Of a stretch of DNA of 64,000 bases, positions 10,190 to 21,800 are shown in pieces. The stretch is from Eledone cirrhosa (taxonomy: Eukaryota), in the NCBI GenBank assembly GCA_964016885.1, contig OZ024741.1, positions 48,298,001 to 48,362,000 on the forward strand, in the 5' to 3' direction. Positions within the stretch are counted from its first letter, which is position 1; every line of letters begins with the position of its first letter. The position numbers and the translations under genes are program-made. The notes below the pieces were generated by a model. That model was not told the origin of the DNA. It made no database searches and saw only the letters and a program-made list of their open reading frames with translations.

Positions 10190-10465
10190 ATAAACAGTTT
10201 CTGTTTACCCAATTTCATTCATAATGCATGTGTCATTCCGAGGCTACGGTAAATGACACTTGTCGAAACTACCTAGGTGGTATCGAATCCTCGACTTTAT
10301 GATTGCAAAGAAAACTTCTTAACCGTTTAGCTTCTACCTATCAAATTTCATTCACAAGGTATCAGTCAACCCAGAACTATAGTAGAAGACAATTGCAGTG
10401 TTATGCTATGAGGTCAGACTCAGAATCACATTGCCAAGCAAAGCTTCTAGCCTCACAACTATGTC
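10190..10465 (-). mobile_element. Two adjacent degenerate SINE fragments
   Basis: Both resemble the reverse complement of 918-1030 (AATTTCATTCA, GAGGCTACGGTAAATGACACTTG, CGAATCC B-box complement). Confidence 0.55.
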
Positions 10466-10639
10466 TGCTTTAGTCTCTTTTGTGTATGTACTTTTTCTTC
10501 AATTTTAGTACACATTACTTCTTCAATATATTGTTTTAATTTTTGTATTCTTATTTGTATTTATTTTGGATCACCTCCTACCCAACTCCCATTATTCTAT
10601 TTGCCTATATGGTTCAATTGGTTTGTTGGGAATTGTATA

Positions 10640-10950
10640 TGTTTTCTAAGTGTTTTGTTCATGATATAATTGCTATTTTTATTTACTGCATTCAGGATAT
10701 CTTCTTTTAGGGATAATAATTCTGCTTCTATGAGGAGTCAGTTGTTTTATTTTATGATATCTCTTTTTACATTTGAAAGAGCATTTACTGAATTTACTGA
10801 TGTCGTCACTCTGACATTTTGGATGATTATTTCTCCACAGTCTATAGGTGTAATTTGTAATGCATTCTGCTGTGGGAAATATTTCAACTCTACACAAAAC
10901 CTTCCTAACTTCACCGTATTCAGTCTTTGCTTAGTTTTGTCTGCAGCTTT
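10640..10950 (-). pseudogene. Possible decayed N-terminal ORF fragment of an RLE-type non-LTR retrotransposon
   Basis: Frameshifted peptide KTEYGEVRKVLCRVEIFP..TNYTYRLWRNNHP / NALSNVKRDIIK*KQLT resembles N-termini I recall from R4/Dong/NeSL-like ORFs; not verified. Confidence 0.35.
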
Positions 10951-11240
10951 CTTTTTCTTTCTTCTTCTCCTTTGTTCTTCGTTTTATTCTTCTTTCTTCG
11001 GCTTTTTTCTTTTTTTTCTTTTTACATTTTTCTTTTCTTTTTTTCTTTTTTCTTTTTTATTTTTTATTTTTTCTTTCTTTTTTCTTTTTTCTTTTTTCTT
11101 TTTTCTTTTTTCTTTTTTCTTTTTTCTTTTTTCTTTTTTCTTTTTTCTTTTTTCTTTTTTCTTTTTTCTTTTTTCTTTTTTCTTTTTTCTTTTTTCTTTT
11201 TTCTTTTTTCTTTTTTCTTTTTTCTTTTTTCTTTTTTCCT
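10950..11240 (+). repeat. Polypyrimidine tract with a (TTTTTTC)n 7-bp microsatellite core
   Basis: C every 7 nt (11105, 11112, 11119, 11126...). Explains the poly-F and poly-K/E/R ORFs. Confidence 0.95.
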
Positions 11241-11796
11241 TCTCACTTCTTCCTTCTAAGTTTCCTGATATTTTCCTCCATAACTGGGTTACTTTCAGAT
11301 TTCAACCCTACAAGTTCTTAATTCCATTCCTTTTCAATAATTGTTTTTTTTTTGTTGTTTGGTCAAAGGTGATTATTCTGCTTTAATGGTATGTAGGACA
11401 AAACTGACAATGTGTCTTGCCTTTTTTTAAAGGGAGATTTGGCTGCTGTTTCTAGCAGCACAAAAAATTAGAATACACAGTCGTCGTCCCCCCCCCCCCC
11501 CATTTTACATATCAAAGTTAGCTTGGTTCAAGTAATTGGAATTGAAAAGTTATACATACAAGTATTAAATTCAAAAATTCTAACCATCCTAAAACTAAAA
11601 AGCCCAGCTGAGGGTACAAATACATTGCTACGGCCGTTGCTGGTGGGGGCCCCCATTGTAGGGGGCTCAGGGAAATTACCTTCTTCACCCCCCTCCCCCC
11701 ATTAAATCCGGCCCAATTTATATTGTTTGGCTTTTGCTTCTAGTTGTTACTTCACAGAAATTAGATATGCTGTTAAATACCCCAGACATTACACTG

Positions 11797-12190
11797 GAGG
11801 CACATGGCTTAATGGTTAGAGCATTGGGCTTGCAATCGAAAGGTTGTGAGTTCAATTCTCAGACCGGGTGATGTGTTGTTTCCTTGAGCAAGACACTTTA
11901 TTTGACATTGCTCCAGTTCACTCAGCTGTAGAAATGAGATGATAGGGACTGGGTTCCCTATCATTCCACTATAAAGTGGTCGTGGAGGTGCCACGGCAAA
12001 AAAGCACCCAGCCCACACTGTAAAGTGGACATGTTGGCGCCACGGAAAAAAGCACCCAGCACTCACTGTAAATGAGGTTGGTGTTAGGAAGGGCATCCAG
12101 CTGTAGAAATCAAGCCAGAATCAGTTCCCGTCCCACCCTTACAAGCAGGGAAAAGCGGACGTAAAATGAAATGATGATGATGATGATGAT
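11797..12190 (+). mobile_element. Near full-length tRNA/CORE-type SINE with an internal ~47-bp duplication and (TGA)n tail
   Basis: TGGCTTAATGGTTAG A-box, GAGTTCAATTC B-box, CORE-like CCTTGAGCAAGACACTT..., repeated GCCACGG.AAAAAAGCACCCAGC..CACTGTAAA units, (ATG)n end. Confidence 0.8.
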
Positions 12191-12398
12191 TACACCTGGC
12201 TTTATCATTGTCTTTTAGTATATTTTTTTATGCTTTTACTGGTCTCAGTCCTTAAACTAAGGCCATCATGCTGAGCATCACCTTGAATGGTTCTTAGTCA
12301 ATCACATTGACTCCAATACTTATTGTATTGGTTTTAATTAGTCAAACCAATGTTATGAGACATTTAAACAAACAGCAATGTAAATACAGGTATGATCT

Positions 12399-12492
12399 CA
12401 CACACACACACTCATACACACACACACACCCATACACACACCACACCCATACACACACCACACCCATACACACACACATGCATACATACACA
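12399..12492 (+). repeat. Imperfect (CA)n microsatellite
   Basis: CA-rich run. Confidence 0.9.
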
Positions 12493-12499
12493 TGTCAAG

Positions 12500-12625
12500 T
12501 GGTTGTGTAGGTGTCATGACAAAAAACATCCAGTGCACACTAATATAGTCATGTAGGTGTCATGACAAAAAAACACCCAGTACTCACTGTAAAGTGGCCG
12601 TATGTCACAACAAAAAACACCCTGA
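12500..12625 (+). repeat. ~46-bp tandem repeat (about 2.7 units) related to the SINE-internal repeat at 11970-12070
   Basis: TGTAGGTGTCATGACAAAAAA.CA.CCAGT.C.CACT occurs twice, plus a partial unit. Confidence 0.7.
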
Positions 12626-13511
12626 TCCTGAAACCATGTGGCTACAAAGCAACCTTCTTAACCACAAAGCCACACATTTTATTTTTGTTTTTTAGTTCAT
12701 ACCAGAATGTGATAATTAATCTCAGGGTATTCTACACCATTTCTATATGCAATTACGTATGTTTGTGTGCCTCTCTGTGCATCTGTGTGTGTGATAACCA
12801 CTTTATAGTGTGGATTGGGGACTTGGGTGTGGGAGATACATGGGGAAAATTGGGGAGGTAGATATAGAGCTAGGGTGTTATGGTTTGGATGGGGTGATTA
12901 CTACGTGGGCAGTGTATGGGAGGCTTGATGAGAGGGAAGGTGGTGCGTACTAGATGTATACTTCAGCCCCTGCATATGGGAAGGCGGGTCTTCTGTATTA
13001 CTGCATAGTGCCAGAGACCATGGTCACCTTTGAGAGGTGCATTTATCAATTATAAAGCACCTTTTACTTTTCTGGTCCTTTATTGACTATACCAAGATGG
13101 TTGTTATTTTCCAAGTTAACTGAACAGATTTGTGTTTATTTCATTAGTTACCAATCTGGCCCAAACCAGCTCTGCTTCTATGAAATAAAACTACCCATTT
13201 TATAAGTTTCTGATTTAAATTAAAATCTTCCAACATCATTTTATATAGGAACTTTATATCAAGTTGGTCTCTTAGTAATGAAATAATTAATAATTTTAGT
13301 AAATCCCTTAAAATTCTTCATTAATTGATTGAAATAGTGTATTTCATTATACTTCTGGTCATGAAATGGTTAAAGACAACCAGTCGCAACCATTCTTCCT
13401 TTTATTCAGACTCAATATATCCAGGACTACATTAGATAATGTGTCCTTCCATTGAAAAAAAAATCAAGAGCATGATTTGACTTCTATTTCTAACATTATG
13501 TAGTATTATAA

Positions 13512-14310
13512 GCCCTGGTATGGTTTCTATGTTTTTTATTCACATTTACTTTTTATCATATCCTGCTTCAATTATTATTGCTATCATTCTTTTACCTTCA
13601 ACAACAAGATCTTTTATATTCTAATTTTAAGATCCAGTTTGACAATTTTTCCAATTCTTTCCAGGCAATATTTTGGTCAGAAGGGATTGTGATATCTATC
13701 AGGGTGCATGTGTTTTCTTTTCCATTCCTTTATTATCATGTGGGATGGTTTGACTAGATTTTTTTTGCCAGTTTGGACAGAGATATGTTTGTTGCTAGGT
13801 TGTTGTAATGTACCATGTTTGGTACATGTTTATATCACTTCTTTCTTTTCATGTCAAAGTGTTAGCATATTACCCAGTGGATATAATTACCAACTCAATT
13901 ATGTCTGTTATATATTCAGGTGTGGTAAGGAATTGACAACTAGAGATGTATTCAACCATCTCATTGTGCTGGTTTCACATTTTGTATTTTCATTTGGTGT
14001 TAGGATCCATTTTCATTACTTTGTTCTTATAGTTGTTTGTGGACAAATATTGGTCTTGTGCTAGAAGTATCGGTCCTTCTATTTCTGCCATTTGCCTGGA
14101 GCTTTTCAGCCATCTTCGATTTTCACTTTGGCTTTCATTTTTTTCTTTGTGTTGAGCCTTGCAATACATTGGCTGTAGATGGGTAAGTCATTTCCTTTAT
14201 GCTTTTAACCTGGAGCTTTTGAGCCATTGTTGATTTTTCACTTTGGTCTCCATTTTTTCTGATGAGACTTGCTGGGCATTGACCATGGAGTGGTTTTACT
14301 CTTCATTTCT
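13512..14310 (-). pseudogene. Decayed C-terminal region of an R4/Dong-like (RLE) non-LTR retrotransposon: linker, zinc-knuckle remnant and restriction-like endonuclease
   Basis: Manual minus-strand translation across stops and frameshifts: KPLHGQ...WLKSSR..AEIEGPILLAQDQYLSTNNYK...EMVEYISSCQFL..EY/NRHN*VGNYIHWVIC...VQTGKKI*SNHP/IIKEWKENTCTLIDITIPSDQNIAWKELEKLS/YKDLVVE...IETIPG. Confidence 0.8.
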
Positions 14311-14400
14311 TCTTTAGTATATTTTGTAATTCTGTTTTAATTTTGTTTTATTTTGTTTCTCTTTAACCATTTTTGTTGTATTATCTAAATTTATTGTCTC

Positions 14401-14790
14401 AATGTACTTTGTTCCCTTGAACTGTACTCTGTTTCCTTGTATTATACTCTGTTCCCTTGTATTATACTCTGTTTCCTTGTATTGTACTCTGTCTCCTTGT
14501 ATCGTACTCTGCCTCCTTGTATCGTACTCTGCCTCCTTGTATCGTACTCTGTTTCTTTGTATTGTACTCTGTTTCTTTGTATTGTACTCGTTCCCCTTGT
14601 ATTGTACTCTTTCCCCTTATCCTGTACTCTGTTCCTTTGTACTGCACTCTGTCTTCTTGTATTGTACTCTGCCTCATTGTATTGTATACTGTTTCTTTGT
14701 ATCATACTCTGTTTCTTAGTATTGTACTCAGTTCCCTTGTATTGTACTCTGTTCCCTTGTATTGTACTCTGTTCCCTTTTATTGTACTTT
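14401..14790 (+). repeat. 20-bp minisatellite, about 19 units, consensus ATTGTACTCTGTTYCCTTGT
   Basis: Exact 20-nt period (14441, 14461, 14481...). Source of the overlapping ORFs at 14402-14814. Confidence 0.95.
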
Positions 14791-14817
14791 GACAGTTTTT
14801 GTTATATTTTCTAGTTA

Positions 14818-15013
14818 CCGTATATGCTCGAATATAAGCCACCCCCCTCTCTCCATTTTTATGTCTGAGAAATGGACAAAAATCCCAGCCCCATTTATAA
14901 GCCGAGGTAGCTAATTCACACAATTTTAGATGGCTTATATAAGCCGACCTCCATTCACCATTTTTTTCTTTTTTTTTAGTCACATATTCCTTGGCTTATA
15001 TTCGAGTATATAG
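14818..15013 (+). mobile_element. Tc2/pogo-like MITE, copy 3
   Basis: TA|CCGTATATGCTCGAATATAAGCC ... GGCTTATATTCGAGTATATAG|TA; internal TGAGAAATGG.CAAAAAT shared with copy 1. Confidence 0.8.
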
Positions 15014-15166
15014 TATTATTTCTTGTAAAGATTCTAAAGTCATCCATATACAAGAGATGATTTATATTTTGTCCAAAGTCTCTGTACTTCATAATGGTTT
15101 CATTCCTCATCTTTGTTAGTCGGATCAGAGCAAGGAAAAGTAGGAGGGGTATGACAAGTGTTTATT

Positions 15167-15378
15167 CCCAGCAAAACAATAATAATTGTTTCTACTTTTG
15201 GCATTACTGGTACTTTATTTTATTGACCCCATAAGGATGAAAGGCAAAGTTAAAATCCCGCCGAGGTTAACTTTGCCTTTCATCCTTACGGGGTAGATAA
15301 AATAAAGTACCAGTAATGCTCTGGGTAATTGCTGGCCTTGTGCCAAAAGTAGAAGCAATTATTATTGTTGTTGCTGGG
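15167..15378. repeat. Long inverted repeat made of two oppositely oriented SINE 3' halves
   Basis: Arm 15167-15253 is the reverse complement of 15267-15378, apart from a ~23-nt indel and a few mismatches; 13-nt spacer. Confidence 0.9.
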
Positions 15379-15387
15379 GTGTCGGAC

Positions 15388-15471
15388 ACAAGATTTGAAG
15401 TCAGAACCAAGGAATGTAACTATGCTGCAAACAGCATAGTTACATTCCTTGGTTCTGACTTCAAATCTTGT
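15388..15471. repeat. Perfect 40-bp inverted repeat with a 4-nt loop
   Basis: ACAAGATTTGAAGTCAGAACCAAGGAATGTAACTATGCTG-CAAA-exact reverse complement. Confidence 0.97.
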
Positions 15472-15605
15472 AGAAGTTAACTTTACCTTTCATCCTTACA
15501 GAGCCGATAAATAAAGCACCAGTAACGAACTGGTGTCAATTTAATCAACTTTCCCCTTCCCCCCAAATAATTGTTGGCCTTCTGCCTAAATCAGAAACCA
15601 TTAAT
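15432..15605 (+). mobile_element. 5'-truncated SINE (family of 4259-4486) whose 5' part forms the right arm of the hairpin
   Basis: TTCTGACTTCAAATCTTG..GTTAACTTTACCTTTCATCCTT...CTGGTGTCAATTTAAT...TGGCCTT..CCTAAATCAGAAACCATTA. Confidence 0.7.
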
Positions 15606-15823
15606 ATTGTTGTTATTAATATTGTTATAACGGGCCTGCTCTGAGTATGCACCTGTGGATTGGAGGACAAGTGAGAGAAGGCTCTTGCTTTAGTGGTCAG
15701 GGTGACAGTGGCTTTTGTGGTGTTTTTCCACGAGTTACATTCACAAGTATGCCACTCTTGTGGAGTTTTTGTTTTTTTTGTTTAATTTTGTTGTTACCCA
15801 TTTTGTTTTTCTCTTTTTTACAT

Positions 15824-18800
15824 AATCTTCATGTAAACCCACACTGTATTGCCTCTACCATCCTCAATCTTCATGTAAACCCACACTGTATTGCCCTCTA
15901 CCATTCTCCATCTTCATATAAACCCACACTGTATTGTCCTCTACCATCCTCAATCTTCATGTAAACCCACACTGTATTGCCCTCTACCATTCTCAATCTT
16001 CATGTAAACCCACACTGTATTGCCCTCTACCATCCTCAATCTTCATGTAAACCCACACTGTATTGCCCTCTACCATTCTCAATCTTCATGTAAACCCACA
16101 CTGTATTGCCCTCTACCATTCTCAATCTTCATGTAAACCCACACTGTATGCCCTCTACCATCCTCAATCTTCATATAAACCCACACTGTATTTCCCTCTA
16201 CCGTCCTCAATCTTCATGTAAACCCACACTGTATTGCCCTCTACCATCCTCAATCTTCATGTAAACCCACACTGTATTGCCCTCTACCACCCTCAATCTT
16301 CATATAAACTGACACTGTATTGCCCTCTACCATCCTCAATCTTCATATAAACCGACACTGTATTGCCCTCTACCATTCTCAATCTTCATATAAACCCACA
16401 GTGTATTGCCCTCTACCGTCCTCAATCTTCATATAAACCCACACTGTATTGCCCTCTACCATTCTCAATCTTCATGTAAACCGACACTGTATTGCCCTCT
16501 ACCATTTTCAATCTTCATATAAACCCACAGTGTATTGCCCTCTACCATTCTCAATCTTCATATGAACCCACACTGTATTGCCTCTACCATCCTCAATCTT
16601 CATATAAACCCACACTGTATTGCCCTCTACCATTCTCAATCTTCATGTAAACCCACACTGATATGCCCTCTACCATCCTCAATCTTCATATAAACCCACA
16701 CTGTATTGCCTCTACCATTCTCAATCTTCATGTAAACCCACAGTGTGTTGCCTCTACCATTCTCAATCTTCATGTAAACCCACACTGTATTGCCCTCTAC
16801 CACCCTCAATCTTCATATAAACCCACACTTTATTGCCCTCTACCATTCTCAATCTTCATGTAAACCCACACTGTATTGCCCTCTACCATTCTCAATCTTC
16901 ATGTAAACCCACACTGTATTGCCCTCTACCATCCTCAATCTTCATATAAACCCACACTGTATTGCCCTCTACCATCCTCAATCTTCATGTAAACCGACAC
17001 TGTATTGCCCTCTACCATCCTCAATCTTCATATAAACCCACACTGTATTGCCCTCTACCATCCTCAATCTTCATATAAACCCACACTGTATTGCCCTCTA
17101 CCATTCTCAATCTTCATATAAACCCACACTGTATTGCCCTCTACCATTCTCAATCTTCATGTAAACCCACACTGTATTGCTCTCTACCATCCTCAATCTT
17201 CATATAAACCCACACTGTATTGCCCTCTACCATCCTCAATCTTCATATAAACCCACACTGTATTGCCCTCTACCATGCTCAATCTTCATATAAACCCACT
17301 CTGTATTGCCCTCTACCATTCTCAATCTTCATATAAACCCACACTCTATTGCCCTCTACCATTCTCAATCTTCATGTAAACCCACACTGTATTGCTCTCT
17401 ACCAACCTCAATCTTCATATAAACCCACACTCTATTGCCCTCTACCATTCTCAATCTTCATATAAACCCACACTGTATTGTCCTCTACCATTCTCAATCT
17501 TCATGTAAACCCACAGTGTATTGCCCTCTACCATTCTCAATCTTCATGTAAACCCACACTGTATTGCCCTCTACCTTACTCAATCTTCATATAAACCAAC
17601 ACTGTATTGCCCTCTACCATCCTCAATCTTCATATAAAACCACACTGTATTGCCCTCTACCATCCTCAATCTTCATGTAAACCCACACTGTATTGCCCCT
17701 TACCATCCTCAATCTTCATATAAACCCACACTGTATTGCCCTCTACCGTCCTCAATCTTCATGTAAACCCACACTGTATTGCCCTCTACCATCCTCAATC
17801 TTCATGTAAACCCACACTGTATTTCCCTCTACCATTCTCAATCTTCATGTAAACCCACACTGTATGGCCTCTACCATCCTCAATCTTCATGTAAACCCAC
17901 ACTGTATTGCCCTCTACCATTCTCAATCTTCATGTAAACCCACGCTGTATTTCCCTCTACCATTCTCAATCTTCATGTAAACCCACACTGTATGGCCTCT
18001 ACCATCCTCAATCTTCATGTAAACCCACACTGTATTGCCCTCTACCATTCTCAATATTCATATAAACCCACACTGGATTGCCCTCTACCATCCTCAATCT
18101 TCATGTAAACCCACACTGTATTGCTCTCTACCATCCTCAATCTTCATATAAACCCACACTGTATTGCCCTCTACCATCCTCAATCTTCATATAAACCCAC
18201 ACTGTATTGCCCTCTACCATGCTCAATCTTCATATAAACCCACTCTGTATTGCCCTCTACCATTCTCAATCTTCATATAAACCCACACTCTATTGCCCTC
18301 TACCATTCTCAATCTTCATGTAAACCCACACTGTATTGCTCTCTACCAACCTCAATCTTCATATAAACCCACACTCTATTGCCCTCTACCATTCTCAATC
18401 TTCATATAAACCCACACTGTATTGTCCTCTACCATTCTCAATCTTCATGTAAACCCACAGTGTATTGCCCTCTACCATTCTCAATCTTCATGTAAACCCA
18501 CACTGTATTGCCCTCTACCATACTCAATCTTCATATAAACCAACACTGTATTGCCCTCTACCATCCTCAATCTTCATATAAAACCACACTGTATTGCCCT
18601 CTACCATCCTCAATCTTCATGTAAACCCACACTGTATTGCCCCTTACCATCCTCAATCTTCATATAAACCCACACTGTATTGCCCTCTACCGTCCTCAAT
18701 CTTCATGTAAACCCACACTGTATTGCCCTCTACCATCCTCAATCTTCATGTAAACCCACACTGTATTTCCCTCTACCATTCTCAATCTTCATGTAAACCC

Positions 18801-21800
18801 ACACTGTATGGCCTCTACCATCCTCAATCTTCATGTAAACCCACACTGTATTGCCCTCTACCATTCTCAATCTTCATGTAAACCCACGCTGTATTTCCCT
18901 CTACCATTCTCAATCTTCATGTAAACCCACACTGTATGGCCTCTACCATCCTCAATCTTCATGTAAACCCACACTGTATTGCCCTCTACCATTCTCAATA
19001 TTCATATAAACCCACACTGGATTGCCCTCTACCATCCTCAATCTTCATGTAAACGCACACTGTATGCCCTCTACCATCCTCAATCTTCATATAAACCCAC
19101 ACTGTATTGCCCTCTACCATCCTCAATCTTCATATAAACCCACACTGTATTGCACTCTTTCCACTCTCAAACTTCATATAAACCCACACTGTATGCCCTC
19201 TACTATTCTCAATCTTCATATAAACCCACACTATTGCCCTCTACCATTCTCAATCTTCATATAAACCCACACTTTATTGCCCTCTACCATCCTCAATCTT
19301 CATATAAACCCACACTGTATTGCCCTCTACCATTCTCAATCTTCATATAAACCCACACTGTATTGCCCTCTACCATCCCCAAACTTCATATAAACCCACA
19401 CTGTATTGCCCTCTACCAGCCTCAATCTTCATGTAAACCCACACTGTATTGCCATCTACCATCCTCAATCTTCATATAAACCCACACTGTATTGCCCTCT
19501 ACCATCCTCAATCTTCATATAAACCCACACTGTATTGCCCTCTACCATCCTCAATCTTCATATAAAACCACACTGTATTGCCCTCTACCATCCTCAATCT
19601 TCATGTAAACCCACACTGTATTGCCCCTTACCATCCTCAATCTTCATATAAACCCACACTGTATTGCCCTCTACCGTCCTCAATCTTCATGTAAACCCAC
19701 ACTGTATTGCCCTCTACCATCCTCAATCTTCATGTAAACCCACACTGTATTGCCCTCTACCATTCTCAATCTTCATGTAAACCCACACTGTATGGCCTCT
19801 ACCATCCTCAATCTTCATGTAAACCCACACTGTATTGCCCTCTACCATTCTCAATATTCATATAAACCCACACTGTATTTCGCTCTACCATCCTCAATCT
19901 TCATATAAAACCACACTGTATTGCCCTCTACCACCCTCAATCTTCATGTAAACCCACACTGAATTGCCCTCTACCATCCTCAATCTTCATGTAAATGCAC
20001 ACTATATGCCCTCTACCATCCTCAATCTTCATATAAACCCACACCGAATTGCCCTCTACCATTCTCAATCTTCATATAAACCCACACTTTATTGCCCTCT
20101 ACTATTCTCAATCTTCATATAAACCCACACTGTATTGCCCTCTACCATCCTCAATCTTCATATAAACCCACACTTTATTGCCCTCTACCGTCCTCAAACT
20201 TCATGTAAACCCACACCGTATTGCCCTCTACCATTCTCAATCTTCATGTAAACCCACACTGTATTGCCCTCTACCATCCTCAATCTTCATATAAACCCAC
20301 ACTGTATTGCCCTCTACCATTCTTAATCTTCATGTAAACCCACACTGTATTGCCCTCTAACATTCTCAATCTTCATATAAACCCACACTGTATTGCCCTC
20401 TACCATTCTCAATCTTCATATAAACCCACACTGTATTGCCCTCTACCATTCTCAATCTTCATATAAACCCACACTGTATTGCCATCTAACATTCTCAATC
20501 TTCATATAAACCCACACTGTATTGCCCTCTAACATTCTCAATCTTCATATAACCCCACACTGTATTGCCCTCTAACATTCTCAATCTTCATATAAACCCA
20601 CACTGTATTGCCCTCTACCGTCCTCAATGTTCATATAAACCCACACTGTATTGCCCTCTACCATTCTCAATCTTCATATAAACCCACACTGTATTGCCCT
20701 CATCCATTCTCAATCTTCATATAAACCCACACTGTATTGCCCTCTAACATTCTCAATCTTCATATAAACCCACACTGTATTGCCCTCTACCATTCTCAAT
20801 CTTCATATAAACCCACACTGTATTGCCCTCATCCATTCTCAATCTTCATATAAACCCACACTGTATTGCCCTCTAACATTCTCAATCTTCATGTAAACCC
20901 ACACTGTATTGCCCTCTAACATTCTCAATCTTCATATAAACCCACACTGTATTGCCCTCTACCGTCCTCAATCTTCATATAAACCCACACTGTATTGCCC
21001 TCTACCATTCTCAATCTTCATATAAACCCACACTGTATTGCCCTCTAACATTCTCAATCTTCATATAAACCCACACTGTATTGCCCTCTAACATTCTCAA
21101 TCTTCATATAAACCCACACTGTATTGCCCTCTACCGTCCTCAATCTTCATATAAACCCACACTGTATTGCCCTCTAACATTCTCAATCTTCATATAAACC
21201 CACACTGTATTGCCCTCTAACATTCTCAATCTTCATGTAAACCCACACTGTATTGCCCTCTACCATACTCAATCTTCATATAAACCCACACTGTATTGCT
21301 CTCTACCATTCTCAATCTTCATGTAAACCCACACTTTATTGCCCTCTACTATTCTCAATCTTCATATAAACCCACACTGTATTGCCCTCTAACATTCTCA
21401 ATCTTCATATAAACCCACACTGTATTGCTCTCTACCATTCTCAATCTTCATGTAAACCCACACTTTATTGCCCTCTACTATTCTCAATCTTCATATAAAC
21501 CCACACTGTATTGCCCTCTACCATGCTCAATCTTCATATAAACCCACACTGTATTGCCCTCTACCATCCTCAATCTTCATGTAAACCCACACTGTATTGC
21601 CCTCCACCTTTCTCAATCTTCATATAAACCCACACTGTATTGCCCTCTACCATCCTCAATCTTCATGTAAACCCACACTGTATGCACTCTACCATTCTCA
21701 ATCTTCATATAAACCCACACTGTATTGCCCTCTACCATCCTCAATCTTCATATAAACCCACGCTGTATTGCCTCTACCATCCTCAATCTTCATATAAACC

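Noticed and set aside
10670-11386. 238-aa Phe-rich 'membrane protein' and antisense poly-Lys ORF
   Set aside because: Translation of the (TTTTTTC)n tract.
11797-11870. tRNA gene
   Set aside because: A/B boxes are present, but there is no intact cloverleaf and it runs into a CORE-like SINE body with several dispersed relatives.
14402-14983. Cluster of overlapping Cys/Leu/Tyr-rich ORFs
   Set aside because: Translations of the 20-bp minisatellite and the adjacent MITE.
15834-15840. TAAACCC plant-type telomere heptamer in each monomer
   Set aside because: A single non-tandem 7-mer per unit, expected by chance in a C/A-rich monomer; not a telomeric array.
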